Positions 10,486-20,678 of a stretch of 64,000 bases of DNA are shown piece by piece. Made by a program: the position numbers and the translations under genes. Each line of letters starts with the position of its first letter. Positions within the stretch are counted from its first letter, which is position 1. A model generated the notes under the pieces. It was not told the DNA's origin. It did not search any database and was given only the letters and a program-made list of their open reading frames with translations. The DNA is from a virus. Where the stretch lies: positions 107,835 through 171,834 of IMG/VR virus record IMGVR_UViG_3300025120_000017; one strand, given 5' to 3'.

Positions 10486-13400
10486 CTAATCTTCTGTATA
10501 TCTTATATCAACACTTAAATAAACACTTGTTCCACTTGCGGCACTTGTTTCTATCCAAACCCAACTATTTGCTGGAATAGTAGCATCACTTAATGATGCA
10601 ATATCTCCGGTTGTTGTACTTGTTGTTGCAGCACTTGTTGTTAATGCATTCCCGGCATCACTTCTAGTAGGATGATGTTTTAATTGATAAGTTGTATCTG
10701 GTGATGTTCCAGTTGAACAAGCAATTACTTCTTGTACTGTTATAGCAACATCAGTTCTAAAAATTGTAATATCATCAGAAGCTGTTGGTTCTTGTAAAGT
10801 AAATGTTTTACTTAAAGAAACTGGGGCACCTGTTCCTGTATCTCCTTTTTCTCCTTTAATACCTGAAGTCTTAGATATTCTCATACCTTGAGTAAAGTTC
10901 CAAGTACCATTTGCTGAGATAGTTGTTGTATTCTGATATGATTGCAATTTAATTTCAACTTCATCACCTACATCTAAATCAAGTGAAATACTACCCGATA
11001 CGCCATCCCAAGTAGAATCATCAACAGCATCCGACGCAGCAAAAGCACCATTTGGTGTTTTTATGCTTCCGTTAATAAATGCTTGTAAATTGTAATATGC
11101 AGAAGTACTATTTGTAGCAAATAAATTAACTTCAAATTGATAAGTTCCAGCACCACTTGTTGAGCTAACAACAAACTTTTTATTTGTATTATCCCAATCA
11201 CCGTTCTTGTCTATCGCTCCTGTTACGGTGTCATCAAAATTAATAGTAGTTGCGTTGTTAGCAACAGTAATAAGTTGGTTGGTACTTCCAAAACCTAAAT
11301 CAACAAGTAATCCACCACCTACGGCTGGCGTTTCTGATAAGTTTTTCCATTTTAATCCTGTTGCTTCCGTACTATCAGCTACTAATGCTTGTCCGTTAGT
11401 TCCAACTGGCAATCTTGCATCGGCAGTATCGTATGTATAAACATCTCCTTTTGTTGTTAATGGACTTGAACTACCAGCTGCTCCCCAAGAAAGAACTCCT
11501 GAACCATCAGTTTTCAAAAATTGTCCGTTAGAACCGGTGTCGTTTGGAAATGTTAAAGTATAACTTGCACCTGCAGAATGCGGTGGTGATTTAAGTTTTA
11601 TACCGTGATTATTATTCCAACAATTTAATTGAATATAACCATCTTGTGATGAACCATCTCCTTTTGCAATAAAAGCTGCAATAGAACTTGTAGAAGTACT
11701 ACTGACATTTCCTGTCATTTCTATTGCATTTGATGAACTAATCGTAAACGGTTCCGTTGAAGTTGTTCCGTTGTATATACGGAAAGTGCTATCGCTTTCG
11801 TTACCTATTGACCATTTAAAATTCCCTTGATTTAAAAATTTTATAAAAACTCCTGTATCAGCAGTCGTGTCTAGTGATATATTTGGGTTTGAGCTGAAAC
11901 TGCTTTTAAAAGTTAAAATATCTTTTACAGTAGAATTAAATGTAGTTGCCTGTCCTAAATGAACATTACCATCATTTCTAAAGTCCCATAACGAAGCATC
12001 ATTAATATCAGTAACTTTGAAACCACTTGTACTTGCTGAATTATCAGAACCTTTAACTAGTGTGTCGTCTTGTAGGCTAATTCCTTCGCTTCCTATGACG
12101 TTTGAACCGTTGGCAATTGTTTTTCCGTTCCTTATTCTAAAGGTTTCTAAATGCGCAAGAGTTCCAAAAATTAAACTCATATCATTTGAACCATGCCATA
12201 CATTTTGCATTCTACTAGAAAAATAACCACTAACATTAAAATCAATTGATGCTTTTTCTCCAGCTACTAAAGAGCCAGTTTTGTTTATTCTTAAAGCCGT
12301 ATGGTTTGCGCTTGTATTTTCTAAAGTTAACCCCGTAAAGGCATCACCTGCTAAACTTGAATGTATTTCTCCTGCTACATCTAAATCATAACTTGGAATT
12401 ATTTGTTTTATTCCTACTTTTCCATTCCTAATTCTAAAAGTTTCTAAATGCGCTAAAGTTCCTAATGTTAAACTAATATCATTTGAACCATGCCATACAT
12501 TTTGCATTCTACTAGAAAAATAACCACTAACATTAAAATCTATAGAAGCTTTTTCACCTGCAACTAATGAACCAGTTTTATTAATTAAAATACCTGTATG
12601 ATCTGTATTTGTGTTTTCTAAAGTTAGAGAAGGAATAGTAGAACTTGCATTTTTAAAAGTTAAATCATTACCATTTAAATCAAGTATTCTATCTCCTGTT
12701 AAAGTTCCATCAGCAGTATAAATAGAACTACCACCAGTTCCGCTAGTTCCTATTCTAACTACTCCGTTTTCATTCCATAAATCGCCAGCTGATAAACCAC
12801 TTGAGCTAGTAGGCATATTAACATTTATAGTGTTAGTTTTAACTGCTACTTTAGTTGTTACCGTTCCACTATCTGCCACCCTTAACTCTAATCTTCCCGT
12901 ATGACTACCTGCTGTATTGCTTTCAATTATTGATACAAATCTTGCATAAGTTGCCTGAGCACTGCTTGAGTTATGTAAATCAATATTGAAACCTGCTCCG
13001 TAGCCAGTTGGATTTGCTGGTCTACAAAATGTAAAAGTAGATGAGGTATTAGAATCACCTATGATATTAACATCTTGGCCTACTAGTATATCTCCGTTAT
13101 TTCTAAAGTCCCATTTAGAATCATCATTTGTATCAACTATTTTAAATCCACTTGTACTTGCTGAATTATCAGAACCTTTAACAAGGGTATTGCCTTGTAA
13201 AGAAATACTTTCACTTCCTACAACAGCATCTTCACCTACTATAAATTTATGTGTTGCTAAAGCACCAGCGGCAGCTAAAAAGTAATGCGGAACATTTGCG
13301 CCTATCTTAGTGTGTGCTCCACTCCATTGGTCAGAAAAGTGCATGTAACTTGTTGTTCCTGATCCTCTTCTTAGTTGTATTGCTTTTTGTGGTCCGATAT

Positions 13401-13851
13401 CTAAACCTAAATAATTAAAGGAAACTCCATTAACATAATTACCAGCGTTATCAATATTTATTGCGTTTTGTCTAGTTCCCCATCTATCATAATATTCTGT
13501 AACTGGAATACCAATAGAACTATTATAATAATGATCTATTCTATCAGTTGTACCTGTTAGTCTACCCTTAAAAGTTAATTTATTACTATCAAGTTCAAGT
13601 TCTCTATCACCCGTTAAAGTACCATCAGCGGTATAAATACTAGAACCCCCACCGCCCCCACCGGCTTCATTCCATACGGCTGCTCCGGCTGTTGCATCAA
13701 CACAATTATATGCTTTATCATTCGTAACATCTATCCATGTTGAACCTACTGAAAATCCAGTAGAAGTATCATCATTTACAGTCGGTGCTGCGGTTGCATC
13801 GAATTTATTTCCTTGTATCTTTAAAAGATTAATATTTGGTGTAGCACTCAT
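10486..13851 (-). CDS. Long tail fibre / receptor-binding protein with internal duplications
   Basis: 1121 aa, G/S/T-rich; fibre motifs [26 protein letters not shown] and [24 protein letters not shown]; duplicated segments. Confidence 0.75.
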   Translation of the reverse strand: MSATPNINLLKIQGNKFDATAAPTVNDDTSTGFSVGSTWIDVTNDKAYNCVDATAGAAVWNEAGGGGGGSSIYTADGTLTGDRELELDSNKLTFKGRLTGTTDRIDHYYNSSIGIPVTEYYDRWGTRQNAINIDNAGNYVNGVSFNYLGLDIGPQKAIQLRRGSGTTSYMHFSDQWSGAHTKIGANVPHYFLAAAGALATHKFIVGEDAVVGSESISLQGNTLVKGSDNSASTSGFKIVDTNDDSKWDFRNNGDILVGQDVNIIGDSNTSSTFTFCRPANPTGYGAGFNIDLHNSSSAQATYARFVSIIESNTAGSHTGRLELRVADSGTVTTKVAVKTNTINVNMPTSSSGLSAGDLWNENGVVRIGTSGTGGSSIYTADGTLTGDRILDLNGNDLTFKNASSTIPSLTLENTNTDHTGILINKTGSLVAGEKASIDFNVSGYFSSRMQNVWHGSNDISLTLGTLAHLETFRIRNGKVGIKQIIPSYDLDVAGEIHSSLAGDAFTGLTLENTSANHTALRINKTGSLVAGEKASIDFNVSGYFSSRMQNVWHGSNDMSLIFGTLAHLETFRIRNGKTIANGSNVIGSEGISLQDDTLVKGSDNSASTSGFKVTDINDASLWDFRNDGNVHLGQATTFNSTVKDILTFKSSFSSNPNISLDTTADTGVFIKFLNQGNFKWSIGNESDSTFRIYNGTTSTEPFTISSSNAIEMTGNVSSTSTSSIAAFIAKGDGSSQDGYIQLNCWNNNHGIKLKSPPHSAGASYTLTFPNDTGSNGQFLKTDGSGVLSWGAAGSSSPLTTKGDVYTYDTADARLPVGTNGQALVADSTEATGLKWKNLSETPAVGGGLLVDLGFGSTNQLITVANNATTINFDDTVTGAIDKNGDWDNTNKKFVVSSTSGAGTYQFEVNLFATNSTSAYYNLQAFINGSIKTPNGAFAASDAVDDSTWDGVSGSISLDLDVGDEVEIKLQSYQNTTTISANGTWNFTQGMRISKTSGIKGEKGDTGTGAPVSLSKTFTLQEPTASDDITIFRTDVAITVQEVIACSTGTSPDTTYQLKHHPTRSDAGNALTTSAATTSTTTGDIASLSDATIPANSWVWIETSAASGTSVYLSVDIRYTED
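12179..12540. repeat. Direct repeat inside the fibre gene (~65 nt identical, 297-nt offset)
   Basis: atcatttgaaccatgccatacattttgcattctactagaaaaataaccactaacattaaaatc at 12181 and 12478. Confidence 0.9.
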
Positions 13852-13858
13852 ATATTAT

Positions 13859-14035
13859 TTAATTATTTTCTTCTTGTGATTCTAACCATTCTGTGTATTC
13901 TTTGGGCGGTTCATCACTCCAAAACCAACCATTTTTTTCAATCTTATTATCTTTTGTGATAATCGTTCCGTCTGAAAATCCCACTCTACCTGCTGAATTC
14001 CATTCATCATTTTCTTCGTTGTATATATAGAACAT
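13859..14035 (-). CDS. Small hypothetical protein, 58 aa (not in the ORF track)
   Basis: MFYIYNEENDEWNSAGRVGFSDGTIITKDNKIEKNGWFWSDEPPKEYTEWLESQEENN fills the gap between two fibre genes. Confidence 0.7.
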   Translation of the reverse strand: MFYIYNEENDEWNSAGRVGFSDGTIITKDNKIEKNGWFWSDEPPKEYTEWLESQEENN

Positions 14036-14054
14036 AATTTTAATTTTTATTTTA

Positions 14055-15686
14055 TTATGTAATTGCTACCGTCCATCCTTTTGCTGTTGCTATTGCTATC
14101 TCTGCACTTGTAACTGAAGATGAGCCTGGATTGTCTTGAACATTTATAGTTTGTGTTCCATTAGCTGTACCTAAATTGTTAAAAATAACTACGATTTGTG
14201 CTTGTTCTAAATTACAATATCTATATGAATGTCCTACAGTTAGGTTGGTTATTAATACTTCTTGTAAAGCATAACAGCCTTGAAACCAGTTTCCACAGCT
14301 TGTTATATTTGCACCATCCCATGCGGGTATTTTTACCAAACTCTGACAATTATTGAAGGCAGCACTAAAAGAAGTAGTTGTTGTATTAATTACAATGTTA
14401 GGCAATTCCTCCAAAGAAGTATTGCTTAAAAATACTCTAGTCATTGATGTTGGAGGGGTGCCATTAAAGGTACCCCACTTTTTTATCTGATTAGCATTTT
14501 GAGCAAAATATGGATGTATTCCTGTTCCTAATTGCGCAGGACTTTTTCTAAGACCACTATATATAAACATATACTGCATACTGGTAGATGAACTAAAATC
14601 AAATGCGCTTAAATCATCTATCCTATATGTGTTCCTAAACATAAATTGACTATTAGTTACATTACTGCAATCAAAGACCTTTACTTCTTCTAAATAAATG
14701 CATTGGTCAAACATATAATCTGTCCTAGTTAAGTTGTTTGGGAATGTGGCATTGCAGCTTATTAGATTTGTACAGCCAATAAACATACTTTTGACGTCCG
14801 TTGCACTTGAACAGTCTAAATTAAAGTCTCCACCCCACTTATTTCCTGAAAATACAGCAGTAAAGACTTGAATATTGGAACAACTTGTAATCGGACAAAC
14901 CATTAGTGTACTACAAGCATAAAACATGTTTTGAATGCTAATAAGGTTAGGGGCATCAGCATCTAAACTCCAAGGTTCTATGTATTCTATCTCATAGCAA
15001 TTGTAAAACATTTCCGTAACTCCTGTAGCACTAGATAAATCTAATTTTGGAACTTCTAATAATAATACACATTGACGAAAACACCTATAAAAATTAGTAA
15101 CATTAGAAGTATCTATTCCAACTACCTTTTGTAATCTGTAACTTAAATAAAATGCTTGCGACATGTTTGTAACATTACAAGTTCCCACAAATTCAAATTG
15201 CTCTAATCCCGAATTATTGTAAAAACTACTTGCTAATGATGTGATATTAACACTTGCCATTTTGCAATCAATGATATTATTATTTGCTGAACCTGCACTA
15301 GCATCATTAGGATTTAATAAATTACCCATAACAAAGGAAGTAAGGTTTTGCCCAGATTGAGGTGTTAATGTAACTATTGCCTGTCTGTATCCTTCAGTAG
15401 TTTGTGTTGTTGCTGAAATATGTGTAAAGTCAATAGAATAGTCTGCAAATGCTCCCGAAGAATAATTTACTGAACCCTGCCCATCACCCCAATCAACAGT
15501 ATAATCACCTGCCGCTTGTAATCTTATGTGATTGCCAAACTTTTCATATATCTTAACTAGTAGATAAACTTTTTGGTCACCATCAGATAATACAGGTAAA
15601 TCTAAATATTCAGGATTCCGAATATACTTTCTGAAAGATTTTTGCCCTCCTAATAATCTGCCGTTATTTATTATTATATTTGCCAT
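14055..15686 (-). CDS. BspA/DUF285-type leucine-rich-repeat virion adhesin
   Basis: Repeated xDxSxxTxMxxMFxxCxxL units; N-terminal YTVDWGDG; C-terminal IAIATAKGWTV. Confidence 0.75.
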   Translation of the reverse strand: MANIIINNGRLLGGQKSFRKYIRNPEYLDLPVLSDGDQKVYLLVKIYEKFGNHIRLQAAGDYTVDWGDGQGSVNYSSGAFADYSIDFTHISATTQTTEGYRQAIVTLTPQSGQNLTSFVMGNLLNPNDASAGSANNNIIDCKMASVNITSLASSFYNNSGLEQFEFVGTCNVTNMSQAFYLSYRLQKVVGIDTSNVTNFYRCFRQCVLLLEVPKLDLSSATGVTEMFYNCYEIEYIEPWSLDADAPNLISIQNMFYACSTLMVCPITSCSNIQVFTAVFSGNKWGGDFNLDCSSATDVKSMFIGCTNLISCNATFPNNLTRTDYMFDQCIYLEEVKVFDCSNVTNSQFMFRNTYRIDDLSAFDFSSSTSMQYMFIYSGLRKSPAQLGTGIHPYFAQNANQIKKWGTFNGTPPTSMTRVFLSNTSLEELPNIVINTTTTSFSAAFNNCQSLVKIPAWDGANITSCGNWFQGCYALQEVLITNLTVGHSYRYCNLEQAQIVVIFNNLGTANGTQTINVQDNPGSSSVTSAEIAIATAKGWTVAIT

Positions 15687-15701
15687 AATTTATGTTATTT
15701 A

Positions 15702-18700
15702 TCATCCTCTAATTAATCTAATCCAAGTATTATCTGCAACTGCAGTAAACCAATAGTTTCCATTGTAATGTGATTGTCCTTGATAGGTTCCTGTTATTGT
15801 ACTTCCTGTATAATTACCATTAACATCCCAATTAGATGTTGTTTCTAATAATGTTGCTACTGCTCCTGCTGATAGATAGGCTTCAATTATTGGAATTTCT
15901 GAAACTTGTCCAACTCCAGCACTAGTTTTACCTAACATACAGGGCTGAGTAACATCTTGCATTTTATCGTAAGTAACTTTATCAGCTCCAATGGTAACCA
16001 CTCCAGTATTACTTATTGTAGTGTCTCCACTCATTGCTACCGAAGTTGCAGCGTTTGAAGAGTTACCTACAAATATTTGTCCATTATTTAAAGTTGGTGT
16101 TCCACCTCCACCAGCTTCAGATACACCATAACATTCCCATTTACTTGTGTCGGTGCTATATCTAAATCTCGCAGCTACTACATCACCAACTATAGTTGTG
16201 TTTGGAAGGGTTATACCATTAATTCCAGTGTAAATAGCATTCCAAGTAATTGCTCTAGCAGTGCCATCATCATCTAATCGAAACTCAAGTCTTTGTCCAT
16301 TTCTAGGAGTTCCTGTTGGAGCATTTATACCTACTGCACCACCTAGTGCCTGATAATCAACAAAGTCTGTGAAGTCTCCATCCCAACTTGCCGATGTGCC
16401 TGTATTTTCAAAAGTCCTTACAATCTTAGTATAATCTCTAAGATTGTCCATTTCTACCTTTTTCTTATTATTAGAATCAAATATATCCTCAATAAGCATT
16501 ACTTCCCCGCCAACAAGAACTGTCTTCTGTGTGATAGGAGTAATTTCTGAAGCTTTATTGCTATGTATTGCAGTATCAAATTCAGTATAAAAATTTAAGT
16601 ACTTAATAGCACCTTGATTTGCATCATCTCTTATCATTACTTGTGCTGCTGTACTTCCGCTATATAAAGGAAGAGTTTGGGTAAGTGACCATGCTGGGGA
16701 ATCTAATACTACACTAGATTCATTAATTGTAATGCTTGATGTATCACCGCCAGTGCCTCCATAATGTTCAAGTTTTATAGATGCATCTTGTAAACTAATT
16801 TTTCTATGAGATGCATCAGATATTTTAGTTTGTTTCCAAAACGCTGAACCTGTCCCAAAAATATTTGATTGGTCCCATTCTACAGTATGAAATTGGCTAT
16901 TATTTTTAATATTACTTTTATATGCATCAAAATAGTAGTCTTGAGCATATAAGTTTCTTGTAGATGTTCCTTTATTTAATGCATATGGTACTGCAGTTGG
17001 TCCGTTTATCCAACCTGAAAATAATTTAGATCCACTTACAGTAATGCCTGGTGTTCCTGGGTTTGTTGCTCCTGGAGTACCACTATATATTTCTAAGTAT
17101 ACTGGCTTTCCTGTAGATGTAGCGCCTATCTGGTCAGTCTTTGCTCTTGCGCTTGAATCCGTTGCACCTGAGTAACTATCATTAACAACACTTTGCCAAT
17201 CTTGCACAGATCCTGAAGGGCCTGTTGGTCCTGGTACAGTGCTTTGTGCACCTGTATTACCTTGAACTCCTTGAACTCCTTGAATTCCTTGAGATCCTTG
17301 TGGTCCTGTAACTCCTATTAGTCCTGTAGGACCAACTACCGTACTTGCGGCTCCTGTTGGGCCAGCAACACCTTGGGCTCCTGTTGGTCCTATTGGCCCT
17401 TGAGCTCCAGTAGTTCCTATTGTACCTACAGGTCCCTGTGGCCCAGTAGCTCCAATAGCTCCAGGCGTTCCGGCCGATCCTGTCGGTCCTTGTGCACCTG
17501 TTACCCCAGTTCCCAATACGCCAGTTGGCACAATCGTCCAATCAGAATTTGTACCTCCTAAAGAAGATACATAAAAAGGTGTATCTAATGTTATATCCCC
17601 GCTTCCTGGACTATATCCAATAACTTTACAATCTGCAAATTGATTAGGAATGTTGTCATTTATAATTCTAGCAAACTGACCTGGTGCAAATGCTTGACCT
17701 GATGGAAATGAAGTAATAGTAAGAGGGTTAATATCAATTAATCCAAATGATTGTGTACTTCTTATTATTGCGCCTGCGCCTGTTAGCCCTTGTGCACCGT
17801 TAAGACCATTAAATCCAGTTACTCCTGTCGCTCCTTGACTTCCTTGGAGTCCTGAGATTCCTTGAGCTCCTGTAGGTCCAGCAGGACCTACAGGACCACC
17901 GCTTGGTCCTGTTGGGCCAATTGCAGTAGCACCTGTGGCACCTATTGGCCCAGTTACTCCTTGAGGCCCTGTTGGTCCTGGTAAACCAGTACCTGTAATT
18001 ACCCAGCTATTTGATGGGTTGGTATCAGCACCTGGATTTATATAAAAAGGTGCATCAAATTGTAATGCGCCAGTATTGTTATTAAATGAAGATACTCTAC
18101 TTACTTGAAAATCACTAGGTGATAAAGTTTTTGAAATCTGTACATATGAGCCTACCACGAATGCAGTACCATATGAATTGGTTCCAATATTAGGTACTAC
18201 ATTAAGTTGAGATGTACTTCCGTTATTCAATGAAAATAGAGTTGCAGATGTTGCATATAATCCAGGGCCACTAGCACCAGCTGCACCTGTTACTCCTATT
18301 CCTGTAGGTCCTGCTGGTCCTGCTACTGTACTATTTGCACCTGTTGCTCCTGTTACTCCAGTACCTGTAGCTCCTATCGGTCCTGTAGGTCCTATTGGTC
18401 CTGGAACAGTAGATTGAGCTCCTTGAGTTCCTTGAATTCCTTGAATTCCTTGAGCTCCTGTAGGTCCTGCCACTGTACTATTTGCACCTGTTGGTCCTGT
18501 TACTCCAATTCCTGTTGCTCCAACAGGTCCAATATTACCTTGACTACCTGTAGCTCCAGTAGGTCCTGTAACACCAGGAACGCCACTACCACCTACGCCT
18601 ATTTTTGTCCAATCTAATGGATCAAATGTTGCTTTCTGTGTATCGAATTTTGCTATGTAATTGTAGGGTCCTAGTCCATCATCATAAAGAACTACCATAT

Positions 18701-18815
18701 CTTTTTTATATGGATAGTTAGCTGACCACTGTTCTTTATACCTAAAGTTATTATCTAACTCTGTATGAGTTAGTGGCCTATTTTTGTTACCTCTATAATT
18801 AATTTTATCTGCCAT
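15702..18815 (-). CDS. Collagen-like (Gly-X-Y) fibre protein
   Basis: Several GPTGAT/GIQ tracts; N-terminal RPLTHTELDNNF motif of T4-like structural proteins. Confidence 0.85.
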   Translation of the reverse strand: MADKINYRGNKNRPLTHTELDNNFRYKEQWSANYPYKKDMVVLYDDGLGPYNYIAKFDTQKATFDPLDWTKIGVGGSGVPGVTGPTGATGSQGNIGPVGATGIGVTGPTGANSTVAGPTGAQGIQGIQGTQGAQSTVPGPIGPTGPIGATGTGVTGATGANSTVAGPAGPTGIGVTGAAGASGPGLYATSATLFSLNNGSTSQLNVVPNIGTNSYGTAFVVGSYVQISKTLSPSDFQVSRVSSFNNNTGALQFDAPFYINPGADTNPSNSWVITGTGLPGPTGPQGVTGPIGATGATAIGPTGPSGGPVGPAGPTGAQGISGLQGSQGATGVTGFNGLNGAQGLTGAGAIIRSTQSFGLIDINPLTITSFPSGQAFAPGQFARIINDNIPNQFADCKVIGYSPGSGDITLDTPFYVSSLGGTNSDWTIVPTGVLGTGVTGAQGPTGSAGTPGAIGATGPQGPVGTIGTTGAQGPIGPTGAQGVAGPTGAASTVVGPTGLIGVTGPQGSQGIQGVQGVQGNTGAQSTVPGPTGPSGSVQDWQSVVNDSYSGATDSSARAKTDQIGATSTGKPVYLEIYSGTPGATNPGTPGITVSGSKLFSGWINGPTAVPYALNKGTSTRNLYAQDYYFDAYKSNIKNNSQFHTVEWDQSNIFGTGSAFWKQTKISDASHRKISLQDASIKLEHYGGTGGDTSSITINESSVVLDSPAWSLTQTLPLYSGSTAAQVMIRDDANQGAIKYLNFYTEFDTAIHSNKASEITPITQKTVLVGGEVMLIEDIFDSNNKKKVEMDNLRDYTKIVRTFENTGTSASWDGDFTDFVDYQALGGAVGINAPTGTPRNGQRLEFRLDDDGTARAITWNAIYTGINGITLPNTTIVGDVVAARFRYSTDTSKWECYGVSEAGGGGTPTLNNGQIFVGNSSNAATSVAMSGDTTISNTGVVTIGADKVTYDKMQDVTQPCMLGKTSAGVGQVSEIPIIEAYLSAGAVATLLETTSNWDVNGNYTGSTITGTYQGQSHYNGNYWFTAVADNTWIRLIRG

Positions 18816-18831
18816 TTAAGCAATTTTATTT

Positions 18832-19374
18832 TTATTCTAATCCGCTGTTATCAGTAGCAGGGTCATTAGGATTATATCCTAATACTCCAACATATCCTGG
18901 GTCTACATAACATACATCAACAGATGCATCTTCTCTAGTTGTCTTAAGAAGAGTATTTTTATTAAAGTATGTAATTAAAGAATCTTTTAAATATGCAACA
19001 CTTTTATTAGTGCCTGCAATTAATGAAGCATTCTTATAATTATTATATTCTGTATCTGTTTTTGACTTTGGATTCCCATCTGCTATATTATAAAAACTTA
19101 TATTACTTTTATACGAAACTGTGTTATTAATAAACCTAATGTTCTCTAAAAATATAAAATCACCTACTATACAATATTTATTAGGCTTTGTATCGTTTAT
19201 TAGGCTTGAATATCTAGCAAGAAAATCTGCTAAATCATTATAACTTATATAAGTTTTTTTACCAGATAATTTAGAAATAATCTTAAATGATAAATCATAA
19301 GAAATAAACCCTTGAGTTTCTAAGTCTTTTAGAAATAGATATGTATATTCAAGAGTAGTAATATCAAGTTCCAA
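18832..19374 (-). CDS. Hypothetical late/structural protein (TTG start)
   Basis: First gene of the fibre block, behind a late promoter. Confidence 0.6.
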   Translation of the reverse strand: MELDITTLEYTYLFLKDLETQGFISYDLSFKIISKLSGKKTYISYNDLADFLARYSSLINDTKPNKYCIVGDFIFLENIRFINNTVSYKSNISFYNIADGNPKSKTDTEYNNYKNASLIAGTNKSVAYLKDSLITYFNKNTLLKTTREDASVDVCYVDPGYVGVLGYNPNDPATDNSGLE

Positions 19375-19421
19375 CAGTACATATATTATTTTTATTATTT
19401 AATAGAGTACTATTGGAACTT
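19366..19421 (-). promoter_or_regulatory. 15-bp hairpin covering the TTG start, with ATTAAATA late promoter in the loop
   Basis: Minus strand AAGTTCCAATAGTAC-loop-GTACTGTTGGAACTT; the single U-G pair works on the minus-strand RNA. Confidence 0.75.
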
Positions 19422-19432
19422 ATAATCAAAAA

Positions 19433-20677
19433 TTAGAATAATGATTTTGTTTTTATAATGTTTAGCTTCTGTTCTGTTGATTTGTTAGAAACTATTTCTA
19501 TATTCTTAGAGAGTGCTTTAAATAGGCTTGATGCATATTGACCGTTAAAATATACATCATCAAGATACTTCTTATATAAATGAACTCTAAGCTGTTTGTA
19601 TTTTTCTGGATTTTGCTCCAATGCTTTTATTTTAGTGTGTAGCTCTTTAGAGTTTTTAACTCTTAAAAAGTCATGTAAATCTAGGTTATTCTGTGTATCA
19701 TAAGTTTCATGAACAAACGGTATCATACCATGATAAACAACTTCTCTAAATTTTGTAGTTACTGGACCTTTTGTGTTTCCTACAACAAGAGTATACTTAA
19801 ATTTTTGAGCCAATGGATCTAATTCATGAAATTTAACCACTCCTTTGATTTGAGAATGTGCATTAAGAACTTCTTCTTTCCAATTTCCATAAATATGAGC
19901 TTCTTGATTAACATCATAATCTAATACATATTCTTGTAAGATTTTTAATCTATCTTGAGATGATGCATTCCCTTGATTAAGAATTAGCCCTATCTTTATT
20001 GGTTTTTCAATGGATAACCATGAATCAAGATCTAGTTTATTCTTATCATATAATATTGTAGCATCTAATTTAGAGTAAATTTCTTTAACTTTATCAACCT
20101 TTTTAGTATTATCACCTTTTGCAATTATACTCTTTATTTCATGCTCTTGTTCCCAAACACTGATGCATCTTCTAGGTGGATTAATTAAATCAACTGATGC
20201 ATATGGAAAGTAGTTTTTATCTACACATAGCATATCAAAAGTTATCTTACTTTCATTAAGATAAGAAAACATTGGACCTACATAATTCTTTAACATATCA
20301 AGAGGTGTACCCATTTTATTAGAATCACTCTCAAGAGGCGTATGATTAGGAATATTTGTTCTTCCTACAGGACCTGTGTATATTAATCCATAATCTATTG
20401 TAATATTCATTCTTTTAAAGAACTCATATGGAAATCTCCACATATCACAATGATAGTCTTCAGTGTTATAGAATTGCCAAATATCAATTAAATTATCTGC
20501 TATATTTAACTTTTTTCTTGTTAAGTCATTTTTACCTATACAATAAAAAGTAATATTTGGATTAGCTTTAATTATTGGGTAATATATGTTATATGCATCA
20601 CAATCACCACCTTTTCCATTCCATGATTTAGTATCAAATGATAAAGATTTACCTATTTTACCTATTACTACGTTCAT
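19433..20677 (-). CDS. T4 beta-glucosyltransferase-like (GT-B) DNA-modifying enzyme
   Basis: C-terminal TTKFREVVYHGMIPFVHETYD...FLRVKNSKELHTKIKALEQNPE resembles the C-terminus of T4 BGT; adjacent to a DNA methyltransferase. Confidence 0.6.
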   Translation of the reverse strand: MNVVIGKIGKSLSFDTKSWNGKGGDCDAYNIYYPIIKANPNITFYCIGKNDLTRKKLNIADNLIDIWQFYNTEDYHCDMWRFPYEFFKRMNITIDYGLIYTGPVGRTNIPNHTPLESDSNKMGTPLDMLKNYVGPMFSYLNESKITFDMLCVDKNYFPYASVDLINPPRRCISVWEQEHEIKSIIAKGDNTKKVDKVKEIYSKLDATILYDKNKLDLDSWLSIEKPIKIGLILNQGNASSQDRLKILQEYVLDYDVNQEAHIYGNWKEEVLNAHSQIKGVVKFHELDPLAQKFKYTLVVGNTKGPVTTKFREVVYHGMIPFVHETYDTQNNLDLHDFLRVKNSKELHTKIKALEQNPEKYKQLRVHLYKKYLDDVYFNGQYASSLFKALSKNIEIVSNKSTEQKLNIIKTKSLF

Positions 20678-20678
20678 T

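Noticed and set aside
12179-12540. DGR template/variable repeat pair in the fibre gene
   Set aside because: Both copies are in frame in the same gene, differences are mostly synonymous and not adenine-specific, and there is no reverse transcriptase in the window.
17257-17541. Arg/Ser-rich alternative-frame ORF inside the collagen gene
   Set aside because: A by-product of Gly-X-Y codon periodicity.
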